NCBI RefSeq assembly: GCF_026571515.1
Contig: NW_026857949.1
Coordinates: 1 to 64,000, forward strand
Direction: 5' to 3'
Source of the DNA: Ruditapes philippinarum
Lineage: Eukaryota
Length of the DNA stretch: 64,000 nucleotides
Below are positions 38,458-50,875 of the stretch, one piece after another; position 1 is the first letter of the stretch, and every line of letters begins with the position of its first letter. The position numbers were made by a program, and so were the translations under genes. The notes beneath the pieces are model-generated. The model saw only the letters and a program-made list of their open reading frames with translations, made no database searches and was not told where the DNA came from.

Positions 38458-41400
38458 CATTATATACACTGACACAATAAGATTTGTTACGTGTGGCTTA
38501 TTTCATGTTCACAAACTTATATATTATAGTCTTCTTATTTTTTTTCTTCATAAAATGTTATATTTTGTATACATTTATTGTAACCTCGAATTGCACGTGA
38601 TTATGTTTTTGTTGTTGTTGAAATAAACGAATATTATTTTAATCGAGTCCGAAAGAACACAAGAAATAAGCTTCGGATATGATTATACATGTATTTAGAA
38701 AAGGGTTTAAATATAGATCAGCTCTAAAAGTTGAATAAAAATCTTTTAAAATTGTGCTAGACTTTCTTTTTACCGACAAGAGTGTGATATAATTTATAAA
38801 ATGGAATAATATGTAGTGCAGAACCCAATTTTTATTTTGACTGGTAGAAAAAACAACAATATACATGCATATACACTAATGTACACAATCGTAAAACATC
38901 ATTTGTCCGATATGTTTTCATTACACTGTTAAAAATCATATAAGTAATTTTGTAATACATGTACAACTTTAGTAAGACAAGAAAAAGTAAAATCGGGATA
39001 ATTTGTATCAGGATTTTTACCTTTAAGTATCCTACAACTCAATTCTGAAAAAAGGGTTGTAGAGGCTTATTCTTCTTGAACGATACCTTTGAGAAATGTG
39101 TTGGCGTAGAATATACTTGAAGTGACATTATGTTCATTTATAACTACATGTTCAAAAATTGACTTTTATAAAGACGATTGACAAATGATTGAAAGTAAAA
39201 AAATATTAAACAACATAGATCTAGATTCTATATTATAAAAAGACTGCCCACTCTTTTAAAAAAATAACGCTACTGATACATTGTGAACAATATTTATACA
39301 ATTTCCGTGGGTCTAGGGATAATTTTTGCATTATAAAATATAAAATTGAACAGTTACGTCCAATATATAAAGTTCTTTTAGTTTTACCTGTGCATTCCTC
39401 ATTTACACTTAGATGGGCATAAAGTCACTTAAAAACTATTTAAAAGTAATTAGAAATGACACCACATGTGCACATATAAAAAAGATACTCTTGCATAATA
39501 ACCAACTAAATAGGATAATTTCAACGTTTGGTACATTGTATGCAGGTATAACAATGTCAACGATTACAATTGCGTAAAATTATTGTAAAGAATACCGGCT
39601 TATTTAAAAATCAAAGGGCTGCAGCTCTATGGTATTTTCTGATCTTTGCAATCTAAATCATACTGACTATCTGTATGTACTTTCCTGTATAAGTTTATTT
39701 TTATATACTATAATTCATCTTACGCAGCGACAGCGTTTTGATTTTCTTCTATAACAGTTTGAGATTGATACATATGGAATTTTGCATGAAAAAAAATAGA
39801 ATTGCCAACCATAGGCCTCTCACACCCTCAACGAGACTGCTTACCTCTGCACCACGGCGAAGTAATACATATGTACCTTGAATAAAAACGAATACATTAT
39901 GTAATTCTAAATTGAGAATTTCCATTTCATGTTTGCAATCCTTATTAATTTCGAGGTATTTTGTTCACGATAAACCTGTTGTTTAAACTGATGAAAATAA
40001 TTTAGCGAAAATCTTCTCGCCAAAACAGTCCGACATGTATATATTCCACTACTCGACGGTCAGATTTTTTGTGTACTACGCTCTGGAGTATTCGGTAATC
40101 GACATAGCTAAAAATAGCATTTTCATTGATTAAAATGATATTCATGATAATCCGAAGCTTTACGGAAATAGCCGAACATTTTTCATTGGGTAAAAAAGAT
40201 ATTCATCCGCGAAATTTGTGATTGTAACCTCATATTTCTATTGACTAATCTAAACTTTTAATGCACTGTAATTCGTTAAATGTCTACATTAAAAATTATT
40301 CTTTCTTTTAAATTGCTGGTTTTTAAGCAGTTTTGAGTGAGAACTACTTTGCGTTGTTAGGACTGTGTTAGACCGTGGATGTTAGCTATGTATTTACTGA
40401 TCTTACGATCAGAAAATACAAAAAGTAAGGTGTCCAAAGAGGCAGATCTATTTTTGAAATTCCATCTTTCGCTTCTGTGAATATGATCTGCACAGGAAAC
40501 TTTTATAAAGCTAGCATCTAACGAGCTTGATAAACAGTTTTAATACATATGTTACTATATATAGTAACAAAATTTAGGGTATTTTAAAACCATTATGAGA
40601 AATCTAGGTCATTATGTAATTTCGTTGGCATTTTTTCTCCATGCAAAGAAATGAACGCACGTGCAAGATGACGTTAACAACTGTCACTGAAAAATGGCTG
40701 CTGTCGTTGAATCGCAAGTTAAGATTGTTAGAGGCGGTTGTGAATAGTGTGTATTAGGTATATACAATTGTATTTCAAATGTCTGTCTTTATAATGGTCA
40801 TTTACGAAATATCAAAATTTAAAAAATGGTAAGGATAAAACTGCCTAAAATTAAAATACTGTCCCAGGTTGTTGATTATCTTTGTGAAGTAGGATACAAA
40901 ATTAAAGACAATTTTGTCAAATGTTCAGTTGTTTTTTTTTTACCTGTGTACTCATCATATACACTTTAGATGGGCTGAAAGTCATTTTAAACGTGCGATA
41001 GATGTCGCTATATTTCCTTTGCTTGCTACTTTAAGGAATAAAATGAATGAAAAGGTTGTTACAATAGATTTTGTCCAAATCTCACAGGCGAGATTTTAAG
41101 TGGACTCCTTAAGTTGTTTTTTGTGCACGTATAATATTGCTTAAATTACTGAAATATGCCTTTGTCGCAACCCTATTAAATGGAGTGTTTCCTAACTTTG
41201 TGCTGATATACACTGTGTAATTTTATTAAATAAAGCATTAAATAAATTTACAAATTAAATAACTAAATAACTATCAAAGGAGTATCTGAAGACCAGTCGT
41301 TGAAAACGGCAAGACTTTGTTTTTACTAGGTAAAAATATTCAGGTAGAAAACGTCAAGGCACGGAATATTTTGTACAAATCTTGCACGTCAATAGAATAT

Positions 41401-42228
41401 TAGGGTAAGTTCATTTCAATATATACATGTAATATATTCCGGAAATGACTAATTCACCTAGTGTTTAGTGTTCTATTCTGTTTGATATACTGATAACTGT
41501 ACATGTATATTCTGATACAGTCAGCTCACTTCTGTTTCCGTCCTCATCTCGGATCATACGAAATCACACGATATTTTACAAACATGTGCAGTGCCCAGAG
41601 AACATTCATTTTAAAAGATTCATTTGCAAGCTGTAAGGTAAGAAATATTTGTATTAATTTATACTTTTATTTTATGCTTTTGAGTAAATTACTGATTCCG
41701 TGAAAATTATTTTTGATAAATTCACAGTGAAAATTATCAAAATATAAGTCCACACTTTTCAATGACGAGACTACTTTTTAAAGATTCCCCCTTAGGGTAC
41801 ATGAATTTTATTTTTGTTTGCAATTATGACATTGTCAGGGCTGTTTGGAGAAAAGCAAAGCTCAAATTGAAAAAAAAAAAAACACTTAAACTTCTAAAGT
41901 AATAAATATTAAAAACACAATTCAATTCATTCAAATTACTAATCACCAAATTTCGTCTTTATTTTTTCCTTTCATTTACACTTCCTTCGCCATGTTAAAC
42001 TGCTCTTCATGACATCCGGGCATTTTAACCTTTTATCGCATGAGCATGCATATTGTGAAAATGGCCGTTTTCATTGAAAAACCTCCTGTTACAAGTTAAA
42101 ACTGCTATAAAACTATGAAAAATGCTTCAATATTGATGAAACTTGGCACAAATATTGACTGGAATACCTAAATTTCCTGTTACCATGGCAACGGGGGGAC
42201 GTCTCAAAATTGCGAAAAATCACTTTTT

Positions 42229-43354
42229 AGTCCCCTACCGGTTTACCGGAGGGGACTTTAGGTTTACCCTCCGTCCGTCTGTCCGTCTGTCCGTCCGTCT
42301 GTCCGTCTGTCTGTCTGTCAGTCCGTCCGTCCACAAAACTGGATCCCGCGATAACTTGAAAAGTACTGAAAATATTTTTATGAAACTTGGTATATGGATA
42401 GATGGCAGTATGGAGATTATGCACGTCTTTTTCTTTTCTTCCTATGTTGAAAATTCTGGTTGCTATGGCAACAAATAGGCTGAAAATATGGCAAATTTTA
42501 CACATAAACTGGATCCAGTGATAACGCAAAAAGTACTGGAAATATTTTTATGAAACTTTACATATGGGTAGATGGCAGTATTGAGATTATGCACGTCTTT
42601 TTCTTTTCTTCCTATGTTGAAAATTCTGGTTGCTATGGCAACAAATATGCTGAAAATATGGCAAATTTTACACATAAACTGGATCCAGTGATAACGCAAA
42701 AAGTACTGGAAATATTTTTATGAAACTTGACATATGGGTAGATGGCAGTCTTGAAATTATGCACGTTTTTTTCTTTTCTTCCTATGTTGAAAATTCTGGT
42801 TGCTATGGCAACACATAGACTGAAAATATGGCAAATTTTACACATAAACTGAATCCAGTGATAACTCAAAAAGTACTGGAAATATTTTTATGAAACTTTA
42901 CATATGGGTAGATAGCAGTCTTGAGATTATGCATGCCTTATCTGTTCTTCCTATTTTGAAAAAATATCAGTTGCCTTGGCAACAAATAGGCTTAAAACAT
43001 GGCAAATATAACAATATTTGTGATTAGTCAAAAAGAGCTGAACATTTTTATGAAATTGCATCTTTAATTCAAGAGTTATCTCCTCTTTAAGAATTTTGCT
43101 TTTTAAAAATGGTATATTTTGGTAACAGGGATGTTTCAAATATTAACTTTAGAGTGTCTTTCAGTCCGTCTGTCTGTCTGTTCATAAAAACTGTATCCTG
43201 TGATCACTTTTAAAGAACTTTTCCAACAAATTTTCTTAAAATAGAGAAAAATTGAAAAATTAGTGGATGGCCAATGGCCCTTCAGAATGTTGATGGGGTT
43301 CTAACCGGTAGGGGACTTATGGATTGCTTGCAATACTATGATAATTGCTTGTTT
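42229..43354 (+). mobile_element. HINE-like element with ~4 x 170-bp tandem repeats, nested in an older repeat (~41980-43525)
   Basis: subTIRs AGTCCCCTACCGG / CCGGTAGGGGACT, (GTCC/GTCT)n microsatellite, AAACTG(G/A)ATCC at ~42336, 42507, 42677, 42847, and CTTGTTT end. Confidence 0.82.
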
Positions 43355-43647
43355 GCATTGTTTTCTCCCATCAAAACTGACTTCAAAGTACTGCAACTTC
43401 TCAATGGATTGAGATAGAGTAAAAGGCTTTTCAGCGTTGGTTACACCGTTTGTTGTGTAAGATGTAATTTTATTTCATCGAGTGAGCTTTAATTAAAATC
43501 AGTATTCTCGCGAGTGCCATCTTACAAAAAAAAACCAAACATGTACCCTTTTATATATGTAATTGTCAAATATCAATCAAGTATTCGGAACGCTTCTTCG
43601 ATTACTCATTTTTCCTTATCGTAAGTTTGACAGAAAAGACCGAAAAG

Positions 43648-44662
43648 ACATGACGAAACTACGATGGTGAAAACGCGACAGTACGATGATGAAAACACGA
43701 CAGTACGATAACGAAAACGATAATACGACAGTACGATGATGAAAATACGATAAACTATCGTGTTTTCATCATCGTACTTCCGCGTTTTCACCATCGTTAT
43801 ATCGTGATTTCGCGTTTTTATCATCGTACTGTCGTGTTTTCATCATCATACTATCGCGTTTTCACCATCGTACTATCGCGTTTTCATCATCGTACTGTCG
43901 TGTTTTCACCATCGTACTATCGCGTTTTCACAGTCGTACTGTCGTGTTTTAATCATCGTACTATCGCGTTTTAATCATCGTACTATCGCGTTTTCATCAT
44001 CGTTCTATCGCGTTTTCATCATCGTACTATCGCGTTTTCATCATCGTACTATCGCGTTTTCATCATCGTAGTATCATACTGTCGCGTTTTCATCATCGTA
44101 CTATCGCGTTTTCATCATCTTACTATCGCGTTTTCATCATCGTACTATCGTGATTTCGCGTTTTCACCATCGTACTATCGACAACCGCGTTTCAGATCAA
44201 CACATTCATAGGCGATGGCCCTAACGGCATTCCGGAATGCCTTTAGGGCCATCGGCTTTGAATGGTTTGATCTGAAACGCGATACTCGACAGTACGATGA
44301 TGAAAACGCGAAATCACGAAACTACGATGGTGAAAACGCGACAGTACGATGGTGAAAACACGATAGTTTATCGCGTTTTCATCATCGTAGTATCATACTG
44401 TCGCGTTTTCATCATCGTACTATCGCGTTTTCATCATCGTACTTTCGCGTTTTAACCATCCTGTTTTCGTGATTTCGCGTTTTCACCATCGTACTATCGA
44501 CTATCGCGTTTCAGATCAAACCATTCAAAGCCGATGGCCCTAAAGGCATTCCGGAATGCCGTTAGGGCCATCGCCTATGAATGTGTTGATCTGAAACGCG
44601 GTAGTCGATAGTACGATGGTGAAAACGCGAAATCACGATAGTGCGATGATGAAAACGCGATA
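43648..44662. mobile_element. Concatemer of CGGAA-terminated MITEs with 21-bp internal subrepeats (one complete unit at 44233-44553)
   Basis: Subrepeat TCATCATCGTACTATCGCGTTT in both orientations. Two TIR-TIR junctions GGCATTCCGGAATGCC centred at 44233-34 and 44552-53. Confidence 0.82.
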
Positions 44663-45123
44663 TTTCAATAATTTTGGATAAATTTTTGAGTTTATACATG
44701 CATATTTTAAATTAACGAACTGACTCACTCATGAATAGAAAGTGAGGTTACTTAAAGGTCAATAAAGCCCCAAAATGCCCTGATTCTTTATTTCTCAAAA
44801 CCTTCATTAGTTTTGATGTTACAGTTTCAATATGCACCCATTCGAACGTGTGTGTTTTTTAGACCTTTAGTTAGGTTAAAATAGTGATTAAGCACTTTGA
44901 TTTGAAGACAAAATATCACCTTGTTTTTGCTTCCACTTTTATTTCACAATGCTTCTTTCTTCACGTGGTAAAACATTTAACATGCTCTAATTCATTAAAA
45001 AAACACATTTGCCTTTTCTTCAAAATGATAGTATAGTCAGTGTATCATTAATTTTTATTTTCCAATCATTGTCTGGCAAGTCAATGTGTCTATAACCTGG
45101 CAGAAACGACTTTCACATTTCAG

Positions 45124-46772
45124 ATTTGTCTACACAATGGCTCGACCACGGACCCAGACAAACGGGACGGCACGGAAAATGACTGGGTTTTAGACATTAT
45201 GAAACGCATAATTAAAGCTCATTTTCCTACTTTAGAGGCAGAACCGTCTATAGTAGAGACATGTATCTATACAGTAAATATAATACGTTTTTTTTTTCGT
45301 CTGATGATTTTTACAATAGTTGTACACACTTTTTCTTAATCGTGATTTACAATACTATACTTAATCCCAATTATAATTGGTCATTTTTTTTGGTTCAAAA
45401 GATGACAACGCTTCGAATGATGACAAGTACTAACAAACTTGTTGTTATTATGAATGAAATATTTTTTTCTCTCTTTTGCATCCAGAATTCCCCCGACAAA
45501 GGATTTATATTAGATGTTCATCCTAAGTGGAAAAATGTCGTTATTGGTGCTGGATTTTCAGGTATGACAGAAACATGTATTTGATTTAGCCCACACTTTT
45601 CATGATCCCTGGTCAACAAGTCATTTCTGTTTTGGTTTTATTTAAAGTCACATCGGTCGGTCAAGGTCATAAAGAGCTTTACATCTTTACTAGAAACTAG
45701 GGAGTTCTCAGACCTTAGATTACCGCTTCGGGTTTTTAAGGCACTAGCCGGGACATATGAGTAGCACCACCCACCTTCCTGAAGATACCCGGGTAACTTC
45801 CTCACATGAAATAATAAAAATAATCCTACCGAGATTCGAACTTTCAACAGTTAAGGGCGAGTTATTCTTTGTCCGGGACCTCAAGAACGGAGACCGCTAT
45901 CTACAAGAGTGGGATATTTATCAAAGAAAAGTATCTGATTGGCTTGAACCCACAGCTGTGAGGGATAAATTATTCGGACGACCTTTTAAATTCATTTAGA
46001 TACAACTGTGTTTCTTTAAGAAAAATGTAGTGATATAACCTTGATACGACACGTGCTGCTATTGAATATCATTGATCTGAATTTGTATATAAATTTTTAA
46101 AAAACAGACATCTTAATGTAAAGCCATTTGGATCTTTGCTTTCCTCGTAACAGTTGTTCAAACCATATTTGAGCCGTGTTACGACAAAACCAACGTAATG
46201 CGTTTGCGGCCAGCAGTCTAATCAGGATCCATGCTGTTCGTTTACAAACCCTAAAACAAGTAAAGAAACTGATAGCGAACAGCATGGCTCCTAATCTATG
46301 TTGGTTTTGTTGTGACGCGGCTCATATTAAATGTATGTATGTAAGTATCACGTATGATAGTCAATACTATCCAAATAATCATTTATGGTGTTACAGACCT
46401 TCAATTATAGATCAATTCACTTTAAGATTTTAGCAGTTTTCAAAATCTTAGGTTTGTAATATAGAACAAAAAAGGTCCACTTGACCATGCAGCCATCTTG
46501 TGTAGTAATATTAGTTGATCAAATTTTGTACTTTAATGTAACAATTTTAACTTGTAAATTTTGTTGGACGTTATATACCATGAGGAATTACTTATTTATA
46601 CACATAGATGTATGCCTTGACTGAGATGCCTTTGTATTATTATTTTTCAGGTCACGGGTTCAAGTTGTCACCCGTTGTAGGGAAGTTGTTGTCACAGTTA
46701 GCAACCGGACAGCGACCGTCATATGATTTGTCGCCATTTAGACTCAGCAGATTCTTAAAGAATAAATTATAA
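45124..46772 (+). CDS. Third PIPOX-like module: exons 6-8 only (no exons 1-5 found upstream)
   Basis: Exons 45124-45273 ([16 protein letters not shown]...ETCIYT), 45486-45561 ([25 protein letters not shown]), 46651-46772 ([12 protein letters not shown]...KNKL*). Same sizes and phases as paralogue 2, canonical splice sites, no stops. Confidence 0.8.
45633..45885 (-). mobile_element. SINE remnant
   Basis: B-box-like gttcgaatc on the minus strand. Tail resembles 13309-13572. Confidence 0.4.
46171..46323. mobile_element. Internally deleted copy of the GAG...CTC palindromic MITE
   Basis: attt|GAGCCGTGTTACGACAAAACC...GTGACGCGGCTC, with the same core as 27769 and 29066. Confidence 0.75.
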
Positions 46773-48125
46773 ATATGAATAAAAAAGGTTTAAAATATAC
46801 AAAGATATCAAGCAGTTTATATTTATATTAGGCTGTTTTTTTTAACTTTTTGTTGTTGAGACTTTATGTAATTTCATTAAACAACCTGTGGAATGATTTG
46901 GAATAATTTGAAAACGGAAAAAGTCCCTGAATGTTTTTTTTTCCAGAGTAATACATTTCAAAGCGTTAAAAACTTATAAAAACCATAGTTACTCCAGCAA
47001 AAATAGAAATAAGAAAGGAGAAAAAAGTGGTAAAGTAGCATAATAATGGTACTTTAAAAAATGCTCTCTTTAGTTTGAGTAATGACTTTATCTCGACTAC
47101 ATACAAGCCGATAAACACTTAATCTTTGTTTAAGTCATTACGAACAGTATTTACGTCAGTATGTCAACATATTTATTGTCATTGAACTGTTTATGATCCA
47201 GCATTGATGTAACGTGTAAAAATAATACATCTTCATAAACACACAAATAATGTATCATGGACTGTACAGTATCTAGAACAATTATAGAAATATTTTATGG
47301 TAGCTAGTAAACTCAGTACAAAATGAATTGTGAAACATTCATAGGATAAAGTTCCGTTCACCATCTTATGGTCAAGTGAGGTCCGAAAAAATGTCGAACT
47401 AAGCAATCAAGTGCATATAAGTAGACCATTTACAAGACAAAACAAGTTCTGGAGACAATAACTCACCTTTTTACCGTCGTTTCATATTGCTTGAGCTGAA
47501 GAACAACAATCAAAATCAATTAACTCAACAATTAGTTCGGTGTCACTTAAGTAAGTTAAGTAATTCAAAACAAAACATAAATATGTATAAAGTGATAATT
47601 GTTGAAGACCGATATAAACATAATTGTTCGATGTGAGCGTTTCATAAAATTACAAAAACTTTTGCGTTAAATTAAATGTTGCTAAATTTGTAACATTATT
47701 TCGTAATATGCATTGTTATACTTTATCAGTTCAGACGCACCAAATATTTCAGCTGATAAGTACAGTAACAGTATGAGGTGGAGAGAGTAGCTTGGCACAT
47801 GCATGCTTGTCAAAACATACCATTGTATCCCCTGAACCAATTTTACATCAGTTTGAATGAGGCCTGTTAATGACAAAACATTCTATAATAAAAGAAACGA
47901 ACGAATATAGGTTATATTTTATTCAACATTACCCAATTTCACTTATTTAAGTCATACTCTTACAGCAGAGTCTTTCAAATTTGAAAGACCCTGCTTACAG
48001 CAAGAGAAGTTAAGCATATGACTTCATTATGTTAGTAGTTAACACAATTAATGGCAAATTTATAACTATGTTCATCTAACTTTGGGTCAAATATTTCATG
48101 CCTTATTTTTAAAAAAAATATGTGT

Positions 48126-48267
48126 ACAAATAGAGGGTCCTTTACCCGCGCAAGTGCATGAATCATCATGCACTTGCGCGGGTAAAGGACCCTCTATTTG
48201 TTCACTTCATCGGAAGATTGATTGATACCAGTCAATGGTATAAATCGATCTTCCGATGAAGTGAACA
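48126..48267. repeat. Two abutting hairpins (perfect 36-bp stem; ~32-bp stem with one G-T pair and one mismatch)
   Basis: 48126-48201 ACAAATAGAGGGTCC...GGACCCTCTATTTGT (loop ATCA). 48199-48267 TGTTCACTTCATCGG...CCGATGAAGTGAACA. Confidence 0.85.
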
Positions 48268-49269
48268 GTATATGCGACCATTTCTCAAACACTGGAAAAA
48301 CCTTCACCCCCACCCAACGGCCATCCTGAATCAAAAAAAAGCAAACAACTTTCTTGACATAAAACTAGCTCGTAACATACTGATATTCCACATTCAGTGA
48401 AGACAATTGAGAAGATAAACCACATAAAGATAAGATACTCATATCTGTATAAGTGCGCGTATTTTTCCACTTGTGAATATTGTATCATTTTCTTTACACT
48501 TAAGTCTTTCAGTTCATTCTTTTCTGAATCTAGATTCCGTTAATATTAAGAAGTATGTAAGGGGTAAGGGGAAGTGGGGGAGTGGGGGAGAAGGAACTAT
48601 CGGTTGTTTGTGGTTGGCAACAGAGACTTCGCTTCATCGAATAAATTTTAAATTTAACAAATAAACCATACGTAAGTAAGAGGACAAATTTCCTTATCAT
48701 ACAAATATTCCAAAATTTTAGTAAAATTTTGCCTAACGTTAAACGAATTGCAAAATTATATTGTCGTAAATGAGGAGAAAAGGAAAACAATGAAATAACT
48801 TTTGCTGCAAACTCATCTGATGATTCTATCTCACATTCCGCATTCTTAAAAAGTTCATAACCATACTTAATGTAGAGGTTACCACACACATAATTTTAAT
48901 AGGCAGTTGACGGTATTTTTTAAACAATGCGTTATCTGTTATAAACATATAAACAAAGATCAATCATTCTGTAGCGACTGCAACTTTGATTTTCTCTGCT
49001 TTATTTAATCAACACACATCAGTTAAAACAACACTAAAACACTGTGTTAAAACGGACGGCAATGGTGGTCTCGTGTAAAAACAACTCGATCTTTAACACA
49101 AGATATTGATGATATTTTTGTTTGTTCAAAGTGCTGAACTTTGTCGTTAATCATTCTGGTACGAATACATAAAAATTGAGCAAGAAAGTAATTCAAAATC
49201 GATTTTGTAGTCCATCTTTCTGATAGATTGGTGAATAACACCTTTTTAATGAATGAACGATAAAAAATT

Positions 49270-49340
49270 TATATAAAAGAAGAGAAAAAATTTAAATATA
49301 ACATAACCAATTATTGTCGTGCTCGGATCTATACCTAAAG
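49270..49340 (+). promoter_or_regulatory. Candidate TATA box and short non-coding first exon of the Gly-rich gene
   Basis: TATATAAAA at 49270-78 and donor AAG|GTAGGA at 49340/41. The acceptor TTTTAG|GTCACCATG at 50869/70 requires an upstream exon. Confidence 0.4.
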
Positions 49341-50875
49341 GTAGGATTTTATTTTCCAGTTTAATTTTTCATAAAAACAACACACACGATGTGTTTTTGT
49401 TTGTTAAAGTAGCCCTTACTTTATTGAAAATATGTTAATGACGATTATATTTTAATTTAAAGCGAACATAAAATATACCAGAAAAAGCACAATTTTAGGT
49501 ATACATACACAATTCCGGTCAGATGATGATGTTATGGGGGAGAAATTAAAAGCAAACGTTGAAACTAAGGAATAATAAAACAGTTATCCACCTCTTATTG
49601 TAGATCATACACTGACTTTCATGAATACCTGGAAATTCAGCTTTTACATTGTCTTTTTATAGTTTCCGTCTAGGGAAAGAGGACGATCATTTATGAACGC
49701 TTCAAATTTTTCTTGACAGTTCTTTGACTGGCCGATATGTTTTTATTTCTATCAATATCAATTATGTAGGACAACTGAAGGGCAACTGGAGTGCTTTACG
49801 TCATTTGTTTTAGCATTACTAAGCTTGTTTAGTAGAAAAAAAATCAATAAAGGCCAGGAAAGCAAGAATTTCCATTAAGTCCATATGAAGCAAACTTCAA
49901 ATTTAGTTTATATAAAACGTTACTAAATAATTTTCAAAAAGACATAACGTTATAATGTGTGAAATAAGTCTTTATTTATAACAATTTCAAAACTTGTTGT
50001 TTTCTATTGGTTCCAAGTGTTTTTAAACAAACAAATACGTCAGTTATCTGACGATCATGAATACATTACAAAATCAATCAATCAATCAATCAATCAAACG
50101 TCCGCTTGTCAAAGGCCCATTATGCCCAGAAATGCTTTTATTATTTTTTTCAAAAGCTTTCTATCATTGTTGATTTCCTATTTATAGTTTCAAAAAAAAA
50201 AATCATAAACCAATTATTTAACAAATTTTTGCTTTTGCTTCTGTTGCTTTTTGATAATCGGTAGAGATATAGTGATTTAGTATCTTGTATGGAAATCAAA
50301 ATACTGCATTGTTTACATTTTGCTACTTTAATGAAATTAATTTCCAATTCAGATCTACTTTCTTCAGGTGATAAACAAGACAAATTATCTTAAACTATTA
50401 TTTAAACGTAATGAAACTCATATGTGCCCTTTCATTTGAAGGGGAATAAGAAATAGAAAGAGCATCTTAATGCAAGGCTGTCTGATTAGGCTCCGAGTAT
50501 AAATCAGATTGCTGAGTGTTTTGATGTTCTTTCTCTTTTGTATCATAGGCAAATATGAAAACTTTTCCCTGTCGTCACAATATGGAACTCCAGAAAAAAT
50601 GTAACTAATGTACGAGCATCTGAATATGATTCTTTTAACGTTATCAATTTCCAAGTTGTCATAATAGCTAAAGCCCAGAAGAAAAATGTAGCCAATCAAC
50701 GAACATGCTCCATTTCAGTGCGCTAACTGCAGGAGTGCGAGTAACTAATACTAATAGGTCTACATACTATGATACAAGTAGATATAAAATTACAACTTAC
50801 AAATATTCCATCGGAAAAAGACTAATTATGAACATGATTTTGACGTGATAATGTGTCTTTTCGTTTTAGGTCACC

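Noticed and set aside
43648-44662. 21-bp repeat array as CRISPR or as coding ORF 43606-43824
   Set aside because: Head-to-tail subrepeats without spacers inside TIR elements. The ORF is a by-product of the repeat.
8661-46772. Horizontally acquired bacterial sarcosine oxidase (soxA/MSOX)
   Set aside because: Seven conserved spliceosomal introns and PTS1-like ends fit the ordinary animal PIPOX family.
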